DNA of 64,000 nucleotides, from the NCBI GenBank assembly GCA_047602425.1, contig JASGHG010000001.1, forward strand, positions 3,456,001 through 3,520,000. Reading direction: 5' to 3'. The stretch comes from Nibricoccus sp. Lineage in GTDB: Bacteria; Verrucomicrobiota; Verrucomicrobiia; Opitutales; Opitutaceae. Each line of letters starts with the position of its first letter. Position 1 is the first letter of the stretch. Below are positions 37,515-46,762 of this stretch, in pieces. Position numbers and translations under genes: made by a program. Under the pieces are notes generated by a model. The model was not told where the DNA came from. It worked only from the letters and a program-made list of their open reading frames with translations, and ran no database searches.

Positions 37515-39829
37515 ACGCACGTCACCTGTCTCGCGCCCTCGGTTCCCTTTTCATTCTCGCTTTTAGTTCGGCGAATTTGACCGCCGCGGTCGAGGCGGCC
37601 CGTCCCGTGGCCTTGCGCGGGCCGGAGGTGATGAAGCTCGACTGGAATACCCGCGCGATTCAGGCGGTGGACGTCAACAAGGATGGCTTGAACGACCTGG
37701 TTGTTGCCAACAACGACCGTTCCACGATCGAGATCCTCTATCAGCTGAAACCAGGCGCACCTCTCGACAGTATTCCGAAATCGCTCAATGCGAACCGCTG
37801 GGAACCTGTCCTTGAGGACGCCCGTTTTCGGAAGATCAGCGTCACCACGGGTGTGACGATCTACGATTTCGTTGTTGGCGATTTGAATAACGATGGTCGC
37901 GTTGACCTCGTTTACACTGGCGACCCGCAGGCCCTTACCATTCGCTACCAGCAAAGCGACAACGTCTGGACCGAGAAAAAAATCACTGAGGCGCCCGTTC
38001 CCATTCAGTTCGTTGGCTCGATGAAAATGGCCGATATCAACGGCGACGGTCGCAACGACCTCGTTATCCTTGGACAGAAGGAGCTTTGTTTCTACCTGCA
38101 GGAAAAAAGCGGCGAACTTTCCGCGCCCGAACGTTACGCTTTGCCTGACGATGGCTGCTATGGGCTGGAAATCTGCGACATCGACGGCAACGGCAAGCCC
38201 GACCTTGTCTACCTTTGCGCCAACAATCGCGATGCGCTGCGCGTGCGTCTCCAGACCGGTGAAAACCAGTTTGGACCCGAGCTCGCCTATACGATCAAGC
38301 CCACGCGGTGCACCTTGCAGATTCTCAATCAGGCCGATGGCAAACGCAGCGCACTTTTTGCCGATGCGCAGGACCAGACCGGCCAGCTGGAGATTTTCAC
38401 ACTCGGCCGAACCAACAGCCAGCCGTCAACGCCGTCTCTCCGCCCGCGCGTTTTCAGTCCGCGCCCGGGCAGCAAAACGGCGCTTAGCTATGTCGTAGCC
38501 GACCTGAATGGCGACGGCACCGACGATCTTGCAGTGAGCGACCCCGATGGCGCGCAGGTATTTGTTTACCTCCGTCAGCGCGATGGCGGTTTCACGAACG
38601 CTCAGAAGTATCCAGTTTTCTCCGACGCCCGAGGACTTGCCGTTGGCAACTGGGGCGACGGCGGCCGGGCCGCTCTATTTATTGCCAGCCCGAAGGAGCA
38701 GGCTATCGGCGTGGCCACTTTCAATAAGGAAGGCCGGCTCAGTTATCCGCAGCCGATCGCCACAACCGGACGTCCGCTCGCGATTGCCGCCGGCGATCTT
38801 GCGGGCGATGGACACAGTCGGCTCGTCGTTTTGCGCGAGGAAAAGGGCAAGCGCTCGCTCGATATTCTCGCGCGAAAAGGCACCGGCTCTGAGGTGGTAA
38901 AGAGCGTTGAGCTGACGGGATTGAAGACCGATCCTCGCGCGGTGCGATTGATCGACGCCAATCAGGATGGCAAACTCGATATCGCAGTGTTCACGCCGCT
39001 CGACGCGATGCGCCTTTTCGTTCAAGGGGAGAAATTCGAATTCACCGAGGCCTCGGCCGCGCCGAATTTCCGTCGCGGCTTGGTCGACAATCTCGATGTG
39101 TCAGCCTTTGCCACGGGCGATCTTAACGCCGACGGGAAAACCGAACTTTTGATCAGCACCGGCGGATTTACTCGCGCGCTCCGGCTTGGCTCCGACGGCG
39201 AACTTGCGGTGGTCGACCAGTTCAACGCGCGCGATCCCAATGCCGAAATTGCCACCGCGCTGGTCTTGCCCGCCTCGGACGGAGGAAAAAAGCCGAACCT
39301 TGTGCTCTACGACAAAAAGACCGATCAATTCCAGGTACTCTCCGCCAACGAACAAGGCCTCTATCGCGTGACGGACACCACGCCGGCCGGCAAGATTGAG
39401 GTTGTCGGCGCGGAGGTTCGTAAAACCAAGAGCGGCGTCGAAGGTTTTATCTTTGGACGTGACCGGTTCTGGTGGATGCCGCTGGCGCGCGACGATTTTG
39501 CGCCGACCACCAAAACCACGCACGCCACAGATCTGCCCAGTGTCAGTTATGCCGATGTGATTGTTGGCGATCTCAACCACGACAACCGCCTCGAAATCGT
39601 CTGCGTCGACCCTGAGAAAAACCTTCTGGAAATTCTAGGCCAAGGCTCCGACGAGCGCTGGGAAAGTCTGATGCACTTCAAGATTTTCGAGACAGACCAG
39701 CATTTCCAAGGCCGCAAAGGCAGCGTGCTCGAACCGCGCGAGACGATTATCGCCGACGTCACTGGCGACGGAAAGAAGGACCTCATCCTTCTCGTCCACG
39801 ACCGCATTCTGGTCTATCCGCAGGAATGA
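37511..39829 (+). CDS. FG-GAP/VCBS repeat beta-propeller protein
   Basis: Repeated DxNxDGxxD motifs (DVNKDGLND, DLNNDGRVD, DINGDGRND, DIDGNGKPD, DLNGDGTDD, DANQDGKLD, DVTGDGKKD). Confidence 0.88.
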   Translation: MNARHLSRALGSLFILAFSSANLTAAVEAARPVALRGPEVMKLDWNTRAIQAVDVNKDGLNDLVVANNDRSTIEILYQLKPGAPLDSIPKSLNANRWEPVLEDARFRKISVTTGVTIYDFVVGDLNNDGRVDLVYTGDPQALTIRYQQSDNVWTEKKITEAPVPIQFVGSMKMADINGDGRNDLVILGQKELCFYLQEKSGELSAPERYALPDDGCYGLEICDIDGNGKPDLVYLCANNRDALRVRLQTGENQFGPELAYTIKPTRCTLQILNQADGKRSALFADAQDQTGQLEIFTLGRTNSQPSTPSLRPRVFSPRPGSKTALSYVVADLNGDGTDDLAVSDPDGAQVFVYLRQRDGGFTNAQKYPVFSDARGLAVGNWGDGGRAALFIASPKEQAIGVATFNKEGRLSYPQPIATTGRPLAIAAGDLAGDGHSRLVVLREEKGKRSLDILARKGTGSEVVKSVELTGLKTDPRAVRLIDANQDGKLDIAVFTPLDAMRLFVQGEKFEFTEASAAPNFRRGLVDNLDVSAFATGDLNADGKTELLISTGGFTRALRLGSDGELAVVDQFNARDPNAEIATALVLPASDGGKKPNLVLYDKKTDQFQVLSANEQGLYRVTDTTPAGKIEVVGAEVRKTKSGVEGFIFGRDRFWWMPLARDDFAPTTKTTHATDLPSVSYADVIVGDLNHDNRLEIVCVDPEKNLLEILGQGSDERWESLMHFKIFETDQHFQGRKGSVLEPRETIIADVTGDGKKDLILLVHDRILVYPQE

Positions 39830-39890
39830 GCCACTGCCTGCTTAACAGCGTGCCATCGGTAAGATCCGGCGGATAGTTGTCGTTTCGCGC

Positions 39891-40373
39891 TTAGCGTGGC
39901 GGTACGACGTGCCGGACACCGTCCATCAGGTTAATGTATTCGCCGGCCTGCATTTCAGGAATCTTGCCGGCCAGGAGCATGTTAAACGCGAGCAGGATTG
40001 TTGGATAGGAGTTGGTTTCGAGACATCCAAAGACAAAGTGAAAGGGATAGAGTCCGATCGACCGTTTCTTGTCGAAGACGCCGATCCCCTTGGTTCCACC
40101 TTCTTCATTTTCGGTGATCGTGGTCCATTCCCATCCAAATTGCCTTACCATTTGCGTGCCCCAAAGACTGCCCAGTGGCATGGCGCGGTCCGTCCAGTTA
40201 TCGACGGGATCCGATCCTTTCGCCGGTGGATTCGCCACGAAAGCATTGATGGCCTCGACAATTTTCAGGGGTGGCGCATCTATCGCTACACCGATCATTG
40301 CCGCGCCTTCGGCGGATGCTCCGGCCATGTTTGAGGAGATTCTGGGGTTAAGAGGACCTTCTTTAATCGCCAT
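39891..40373 (-). CDS. hypothetical protein
   Basis: 160-aa ORF with SD-like AAGGA about 8 nt upstream of the ATG; no motif recognised. Confidence 0.6.
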   Translation of the reverse strand: MAIKEGPLNPRISSNMAGASAEGAAMIGVAIDAPPLKIVEAINAFVANPPAKGSDPVDNWTDRAMPLGSLWGTQMVRQFGWEWTTITENEEGGTKGIGVFDKKRSIGLYPFHFVFGCLETNSYPTILLAFNMLLAGKIPEMQAGEYINLMDGVRHVVPPR

Positions 40374-40531
40374 GTAAATATTCCTTGTCGAATCTCGTCG
40401 GTTGGCAAGACCGAACTAGCGCGTAGGAATAAAACCTCATGGTCATGTCTCTTGTACGTGGATAATAGGTGTCCATTTCGATAACAACGCCAGGGAAGCC
40501 CAACGGTGAGTGTGGCGCCGAGATCTAGAAT

Positions 40532-40558
40532 AAAAAAGCCCCGGCAGCGGACCGGGGC
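40532..40558 (-). terminator. intrinsic terminator after dapF
   Basis: Minus strand reads GCCCCGG-tccgctg-CCGGGGC-TTTTTT. Confidence 0.75.
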
Positions 40559-40588
40559 GGCAAAGTTGGGTTCAATTGTGGAGTGCGC

Positions 40589-41449
40589 TCAGACTTTCAC
40601 TTCGAAAAGTTGAGCGTGCATGACGCCATCGGCGACTTTGTTGACGGTGCCGGTCATCATGATCGAGAAGTTGTCGCCGATCTCGATGCCGATTTTACCG
40701 CCGGGCATGTGCACGGTGATCGAGCGGTCCACGAGGCCAAGCTTGTGCGCGACGGCGGCGGCGGCGCTCGAACTGCTGCCCGATGCCAGCGTATAACCCG
40801 CGCCGCGCTCCCAGATTTCTATCTGGATATTGTTTCGGTCGATGGCTTTTAGGAATTGGACGTTGGTTTTGCGCGGAAAATTCGGATGCACCTCGAAATG
40901 CGGGCCATATTTATGCGCGAGTTCCGATGAAATATCGGGCAGCGGAATCACGCAATGCGGATTGCCGATCGTGGCGGCGCAGTAGGTGAACTCGCGATCC
41001 AGAACCTTGATCTTTTCGTTGATCACTTCGCGCGGCGCGCCGCTGAGGTTGACGGGTATCTTAGCGCTGTCGAAGCTGACCGAACCCATTGCCACCGTGA
41101 TGAGCTTGCCATCCTCCTTGATCACCGATTGCACCACGCCACCGGGAACTTCGATGGTGAAATTGGATTTCTTGGCGAGCTTTTGATCCCAGAGATAACG
41201 CGAGAAGATCCGCAGGCCATTGCCACTCTTTTCGGCTTCGGAGCCGTCGGGATTGAAGATGCGCAGACCGAAATCGGCCTTCGCCGAGGGCAGCGGACCC
41301 CAGAGAATACCGTCGGAGCCGACACCGAAATTGCGATGACAGACCACGCGGATCTGTTCGACAGTTGGCGCTGGTTTCCAGTTGGGGAAATCCGAAGGAT
41401 CACAAACGATATAGTCATTGCCGAGAGCGTGGTATTTATGGAAGCGCAT
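40589..41449 (-). CDS. dapF: diaminopimelate epimerase
   Basis: KYHALGNDY, GVGSDG, NPDGSEAEKSGNGLR, GNPHCV, ERGAGYTLASGSS. Confidence 0.9.
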   Translation of the reverse strand: MRFHKYHALGNDYIVCDPSDFPNWKPAPTVEQIRVVCHRNFGVGSDGILWGPLPSAKADFGLRIFNPDGSEAEKSGNGLRIFSRYLWDQKLAKKSNFTIEVPGGVVQSVIKEDGKLITVAMGSVSFDSAKIPVNLSGAPREVINEKIKVLDREFTYCAATIGNPHCVIPLPDISSELAHKYGPHFEVHPNFPRKTNVQFLKAIDRNNIQIEIWERGAGYTLASGSSSSAAAAVAHKLGLVDRSITVHMPGGKIGIEIGDNFSIMMTGTVNKVADGVMHAQLFEVKV

Positions 41450-41557
41450 GGGAAAGGAAGGAGGACGTTAGCGTGGCAGATGAAGTGAAGGCACGAAAAT
41501 TTTTCGTGAGGGGACGGCTGTTTGCAGGAAAAAATGGGGAGGTGGCCGATTTGGTTT

Positions 41558-42010
41558 TCAGGCGCGGGACGTGTTGGGTCTGAGTTGCAGATGATGCTGA
41601 TGTTCGTCGACGATGCTAAGAATGACGTGAAAAGTGTTGGCGGGAAGCCAGGCGGCGATTTTCTCGGGCCATTCGACGGCGAGACAATACGGGCTGGTAA
41701 GAAAATCTTCCAGCATGAGCGACTCGATTTGCCGATCATTTTCCAACCGGTAAGCATCGAGGTGGACGAGCGTGCGCGTGCCGCCGCGGTGGAGCGTAAA
41801 AATATTGAAAGTGGGACTGGTGACGGCATCGGTGACGCCGAAACCTTTCGCGAGGCCCTGCACGAAGGTGGTCTTCCCGACGCCGAGATTGCCATGGAGC
41901 GCGAGAGTGGCGTCGGGCGGGAGTGCCTCGGCGAACCGTTGGGCGAAGTAGCGCGTCTCCTCGGCGGAGCGGGTGGCGCGTCCGGCGGTGAGTTCAGCGA
42001 AGATGCTCAT
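41558..42010 (-). CDS. tsaE: tRNA threonylcarbamoyladenosine biosynthesis ATPase
   Basis: GNLGVGKTTF, VTSPTF, HLDAYRL, VEW. Confidence 0.93.
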   Translation of the reverse strand: MSIFAELTAGRATRSAEETRYFAQRFAEALPPDATLALHGNLGVGKTTFVQGLAKGFGVTDAVTSPTFNIFTLHRGGTRTLVHLDAYRLENDRQIESLMLEDFLTSPYCLAVEWPEKIAAWLPANTFHVILSIVDEHQHHLQLRPNTSRA

Positions 42011-42962
42011 AGCCGTGGTATTGGCTCAGGTCGATGGTTTCGGCGCGGCGATGGCCGAGCGGAACAAAACGTCCGAGACAGGAGAGCGGCGTCTTGAAGC
42101 GCTGGCGCCAGGCGCGTTCGAAGGCGGGGCGGTTGGTGTTCTTAGCGACGGCGAAAAGAAGTTCATAGTCCTCGCCATCGCTCAGCGCATGATCGAGCGG
42201 AGTGCGGCCGGAATTTTTGGCGAGGAGATGGGCCTCGCGGCTGATTGGCAAGGAGGCGGGATCGAGTGCGGCTTCGGCTTTTTCGGGCGTGAGCGCCCGC
42301 AGATCTTTGGCCGGGCCGTCACTGACGTCGATAAGCGAACGTGTTTCCCTGCGGGCAGCAAGCCAGGCGCCTTCGGCGAGTCGGGGTTTGAATTTGAAAT
42401 GATGTCCAGCCAGGCTGCCTCCGAGGAGGCCGGTCACGTAGATCCAGTCGCCGATCCGCGCACCTTTGCGAAAGAGCATACGGGAACCAACCGCCTCGCC
42501 CAAAAGCGTGAGGCTGGCGGCGATCACGCCATCGGCTTGGGCGACATCGCCACCGACGATGGGCACGCGATATTCACGGGCGCAGGCCGCGAGACCGCGG
42601 TAGAATTTTTCGAGCCAGCGCTGGCTGGTGCTTGGATCGAGGGTGAGCGCGATGACTGCGGCGGTTGGGCGCGCGCCCATGGCGGCGAGATCGCTCAAAT
42701 TGCGCTTGAGGAGTTTCGCGCCGACGGCTTGAGGCGGGACAGCATCGTCGAAGTGGCGCCCGTAGATCACGGGATCGACCGTGATGGCCTGATTTTTTTT
42801 TGCCTGGGGCAGCACGGCGCAATCGTCGCCGATGCCGTGCGGGGCGGGCGGAGTCGCATTGCCCAGCCAGCGACGGATGGCGCCGATGAGGCGTTCTTCG
42901 CCGAGAGCGGCGACGGAGTCGGATTTGTATGTAGCGAAAGGTTTCATCGACGATTCATTCAC
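41994..42962 (-). CDS. thiL: thiamine-monophosphate kinase
   Basis: GIGDDCA, NLSDLAAMG, GGD, IDVSDG, GEDYELLF, GYEH. Confidence 0.92.
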   Translation of the reverse strand: MNESSMKPFATYKSDSVAALGEERLIGAIRRWLGNATPPAPHGIGDDCAVLPQAKKNQAITVDPVIYGRHFDDAVPPQAVGAKLLKRNLSDLAAMGARPTAAVIALTLDPSTSQRWLEKFYRGLAACAREYRVPIVGGDVAQADGVIAASLTLLGEAVGSRMLFRKGARIGDWIYVTGLLGGSLAGHHFKFKPRLAEGAWLAARRETRSLIDVSDGPAKDLRALTPEKAEAALDPASLPISREAHLLAKNSGRTPLDHALSDGEDYELLFAVAKNTNRPAFERAWRQRFKTPLSCLGRFVPLGHRRAETIDLSQYHGYEHLR

Positions 42963-43806
42963 CGATGCCTAGCAGAAGAAAAAGGACGGTGTGCAGATTA
43001 AAAAACGCATGGGCGAGAATAGGCACGGCGATGCGGCCGGTACGCTCGTACGAAAGTGAGAAGATGATACCGAAGGCGGTCAATGGAGCCACTGTGACGA
43101 GTCCCTTGAGATTGGCGTAGTCGACATGCAACGAGGCAAAAAACAACGCGGGCAGTACCAGTGCGATCAGTCGCGGTGCGCGGCCGCGGAGAAAACGAAA
43201 TAATCCGGCACGGAAAACGAGTTCCTCGGCCACAGGGGCGAACACGACGGCCATGGCGGTCAGCCCAAACAATCGCACAGGGGAAGCGGTGCGAAAAAAG
43301 ATTTCGACCATTTCCTGCTTGTCAGTCGGGAGATGGACTTGGGTAAGCAACTGCTCCCAGAGGTATTGCACGGGGTGAACAATCGAGATTGTGACCACGC
43401 ATGTCGCCAATGCGGCCGGAAGAAGCGCCGGGGAATCGGCGGACTCGCTTGTGGTGGTTGCAGAAGGTTCGGCTTTTTGCAGAAACAAAGCTGCGATGGC
43501 GACGCCACCAATCAGGCAAAGTTGGGCCATGATCCCGCCGACGATGGTCATCAGAGTCTTATCGGTTTTGAGGACGGGGAATTGCTGAACGAGCAGGCCG
43601 GCGATAATTTGGGCGACCAGCCAGCTTCCGACGACGCAAAGAGCCGCGATGCCGAAATTTGAGGCGGAAACGGCCCAGTGGGGAATCGAGGAAGTTTTGA
43701 GCCGGGCGCGGGCAGCCGGGTTCAATTGCAGTCGCCATAGCAGCCACCAGCCAGCGGCGATCAACGCGTATTCGAAGAGGTTGGCGACGAGGAGCTTTTG
43801 CGGCAT
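42955..43806 (-). CDS. CPBP (CAAX/Abi) family intramembrane glutamic protease
   Basis: APVAEELVFR, FASLH and HAFFN motifs; multiple TM segments. Confidence 0.88.
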   Translation of the reverse strand: MPQKLLVANLFEYALIAAGWWLLWRLQLNPAARARLKTSSIPHWAVSASNFGIAALCVVGSWLVAQIIAGLLVQQFPVLKTDKTLMTIVGGIMAQLCLIGGVAIAALFLQKAEPSATTTSESADSPALLPAALATCVVTISIVHPVQYLWEQLLTQVHLPTDKQEMVEIFFRTASPVRLFGLTAMAVVFAPVAEELVFRAGLFRFLRGRAPRLIALVLPALFFASLHVDYANLKGLVTVAPLTAFGIIFSLSYERTGRIAVPILAHAFFNLHTVLFLLLGIGE

Positions 43807-43929
43807 GCGGTGGGTAGGCTTTCACGCTCGCCGACGCATTTCAAGACGGCGGACTTTCAAAATTATTGGCGGGTAAAACGCCCGGGCTCTCGGGGTCGAC
43901 AAGGCCTTAATCGAGGAGGGTTTGGGCCG

Positions 43930-46719
43930 ATGTTGAAGCTGAGGCTTTTACCTCAAAATTTAATGATCCCTTCCCCAAGCCAATCAGCGTCGGATGTGCC
44001 GCCCGGAGCGGAGGGACTCGCTTTGCCAAAATACGTGAACGAACTGGATCTGGAAAACCTGAAACCGGGTTCATGCTGGCGCGGGGCATATCAAATCGGC
44101 GAACAATTACCCGACGTGACGCATGGTCGGTTATTCACGGCGAAGCAGCTGGGTTCGATGCAGGACGTCATCCTGCGCGTCTTTAAAGTGCGTGACGATA
44201 TTCGCGGTCGCACATGGGGGGCGATCAGGCGGGCCCAGAGCGGTGACATGGTCGAATTTATTGAAGCATTTGAAGTCGAGGGCCGGAGAATTGAAGTCAT
44301 GCAAGCTGCACCGCGCCTGACGTTGCGCGAATTTTCGACGCGGAAAAAGGTCACGCCCGCCGAGGTGGCTTCGATCGTCAAGCAACTCTCCACAACTATT
44401 GGAAACCTCCATAAAAACGGAATTGTTCATTTTAATCTCAGGCCTGATGCCATCTGCATACGCATTGCCGAAGGCGGAATGAATATGGTCCTTGGCGGTT
44501 TTGAAATGGCTCAGCTCATTGAAGAAGTGGATGGGTTGGCGGAGGTCAGTGTGGATCCGTTTTACGCGCCGCCCGAAGCGGTCGGGCTTTTCAGTTTTCC
44601 ACGCGAGCCGTCTTTGCGGTCGTGGGATTGGTGGTCATTGGGGCGGGTGATTCAGGAGGTGGTGCTCGGACAGCACATTCTGGGACACATGCTGGAGCGT
44701 GACGTCACCGGTGAAAATCCCGAATTACGAATACGCGCCGAAAACCTTTTAAAAGAGGAAAACCAAATGGTCCGGGCTGGCGCGGTGGAAATGATGACGG
44801 GATTGGATGGCGAAACGAACACGCTCCTCCGTGGCTTGCTCACCGGGTCGCGTGACGGTCGTTGGGGTTTGGCGGAAGTCCAGGCTTGGTTGCGGAAGGA
44901 GCCGGTAAAGGATCGCTACCACCTCGCTAGAAACGAACGACTCTTTATCTGGAAAGGTCGTGCGTTCACCATCGCCGAAGCGGCCGAGTATTTTGCTTCC
45001 TTGCAGCACTGGCATGAAGGGCAGGAAAATATTTTTGAGCATACCAACGTCGCGACGCTGGCCTATTTCATCTCCAAGGAAGGCGCGCACAAAAAGACGA
45101 AGGAGCGTTTCGAGCTTCTGTTGAAGCTGATCGATGCGCCTGAGTTGCAGCATTTGCCGCCTGACGTAGCACGCGAGGTGCTCATGGCGGTGATGTTGAA
45201 ATTCCTGGCGGGACCGCAAATGCCCCTGCAGCTGCGTGGCCGGAAGATTGATCAAGCTTATCTGCGCGAATTGCTCGCACCCGATGCCCAGCCATTGGGC
45301 CTGCCGATTGTTTTGGGTTTTACCAGTCATGCCATCGTGCAGCACGTCGAACAACTCGATGCGGAAACCGGTCATATGCTGGCTGAAATCGAGCGCATTT
45401 ATGAGGCATCTGTCTCCCTTGCGCTGTCCAATCAATGGCTGGCGGAAGACAACGACCTGCAACTGGCGGTCTTGATTCTGCTCAGCATGGAGTCGGAGGT
45501 TACGCTTAACCACGAACGGGTGGACATGCGCAAAAAGTACGCCTGCACCCGCGACCAGGTTCTCGACCGCCTGTTTAAAAAAACCGATGCCAGCCACCCC
45601 GAACTTGTTGTTATCGCCTTGACGAATCGTGATCCTAAAAAGTTCGGTTACGTCACGCATCGCGAATGGAACGAGGAACAGCACCGCATCCTCCGACGGC
45701 GGGGCGAACAGCTTTCAGCCGCCTGCACTTGGTTGAACCTGGGATTGGCGTTGAAATTGGGCCCGCTCATTTTTGGACGATTCAGATTTATCGCTCCGTT
45801 TTGGCTCCTGACCGCTGCGGTGCTGGCGGTCGTTTGGCAAAACATTCCGGGCTATCTGATGGCCGTGGGCTGTCCGGTGCTGGTGATCGCCGGCCGGCTG
45901 TTATGCCACCGCGTACAGCGAGAACGTTTAAAAAATCACGTGGAGAAAGACCGGCCTTGGACCTTGCGATCAGGTCGGCAACGCTGCCGCCAGGAGATCG
46001 CCGCACTTTTACAGGCGGACACGGTGACTGACCGCAAGTCGCTGATGAATCTGCTTAAGAACATCAATGAGCAAATTGGCAAACTGGACTTGGAACCGAA
46101 GCCGGAGCCGGTGGCCCGTCCATTGCATTTCAGAGGCACGGCTTTGACCGCATTGGCCGGTTCATTTTTGTTTTTGGCGGTTATCGGTATTTCGACCCGC
46201 CAGGCGATCCTGCATCCACCGAAGTTGCCTGAACTCAGTTGGTCGTTGGTTTCCAAATATTTTCACTTGAGTGATAAATCCGAGAAGGAAGCCGAAAAAG
46301 CCCGGCCGTCGCTGCAACAGGCCTCGGCGGGCAGCCTCAAAAGCATGCGAAGTGCGCTGCAGGAGTTGCGTCGGAAGAAACGTGAAGAAGGCGCCAACGA
46401 CGTGAAAATTAGCTGGCCCTTCAAAGCGCCGGCTGAGCCGCTCTTCGTCACGATTCAAGAAACGCTGGTTTCGGTGCCTGAACAAGACGCCATCGCCAAT
46501 GAATTTGGAGTTCTGTTACTCGACCATTACGAGCCTGCGACGATCAAGGATCTTGTCGCCGTTCAAGTGCCGGTGGAGAAAGGCGTGGGCTTGATGCTCT
46601 TCAATGGCCGCACGGGAAAACTCGCCGGTAGAAAAGTGTACGTCATTGGTTATCTACCGATCAACAAGAGCTGGCTCGATCTGGATTCGAACAAAGCGAT
46701 TTTCCTCAGCGGCCAGTGA
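43930..46719 (+). CDS. membrane protein with N-terminal Ser/Thr-kinase-like (probably inactive) domain
   Basis: HFNLRPDAI, LGGFE, YAPPE and DWWSLG kinase-fold landmarks; several TM segments in the C-terminal third. Start 43930 or 43963. Confidence 0.75.
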   Translation: MLKLRLLPQNLMIPSPSQSASDVPPGAEGLALPKYVNELDLENLKPGSCWRGAYQIGEQLPDVTHGRLFTAKQLGSMQDVILRVFKVRDDIRGRTWGAIRRAQSGDMVEFIEAFEVEGRRIEVMQAAPRLTLREFSTRKKVTPAEVASIVKQLSTTIGNLHKNGIVHFNLRPDAICIRIAEGGMNMVLGGFEMAQLIEEVDGLAEVSVDPFYAPPEAVGLFSFPREPSLRSWDWWSLGRVIQEVVLGQHILGHMLERDVTGENPELRIRAENLLKEENQMVRAGAVEMMTGLDGETNTLLRGLLTGSRDGRWGLAEVQAWLRKEPVKDRYHLARNERLFIWKGRAFTIAEAAEYFASLQHWHEGQENIFEHTNVATLAYFISKEGAHKKTKERFELLLKLIDAPELQHLPPDVAREVLMAVMLKFLAGPQMPLQLRGRKIDQAYLRELLAPDAQPLGLPIVLGFTSHAIVQHVEQLDAETGHMLAEIERIYEASVSLALSNQWLAEDNDLQLAVLILLSMESEVTLNHERVDMRKKYACTRDQVLDRLFKKTDASHPELVVIALTNRDPKKFGYVTHREWNEEQHRILRRRGEQLSAACTWLNLGLALKLGPLIFGRFRFIAPFWLLTAAVLAVVWQNIPGYLMAVGCPVLVIAGRLLCHRVQRERLKNHVEKDRPWTLRSGRQRCRQEIAALLQADTVTDRKSLMNLLKNINEQIGKLDLEPKPEPVARPLHFRGTALTALAGSFLFLAVIGISTRQAILHPPKLPELSWSLVSKYFHLSDKSEKEAEKARPSLQQASAGSLKSMRSALQELRRKKREEGANDVKISWPFKAPAEPLFVTIQETLVSVPEQDAIANEFGVLLLDHYEPATIKDLVAVQVPVEKGVGLMLFNGRTGKLAGRKVYVIGYLPINKSWLDLDSNKAIFLSGQ

Positions 46720-46762
46720 CCGGTCTGCGCATCGGACGAGGAAATTTGAAAGAGGTAACGAA

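Noticed and set aside
35709..37520. 603-aa antisense ORF (also 6681..8063, 17970..19067, 28855..30003, 54979..56406 and others)
   Set aside because: These are shadows of real genes on the opposite strand. They are expected from GC-rich codon bias and carry no recognisable motifs.
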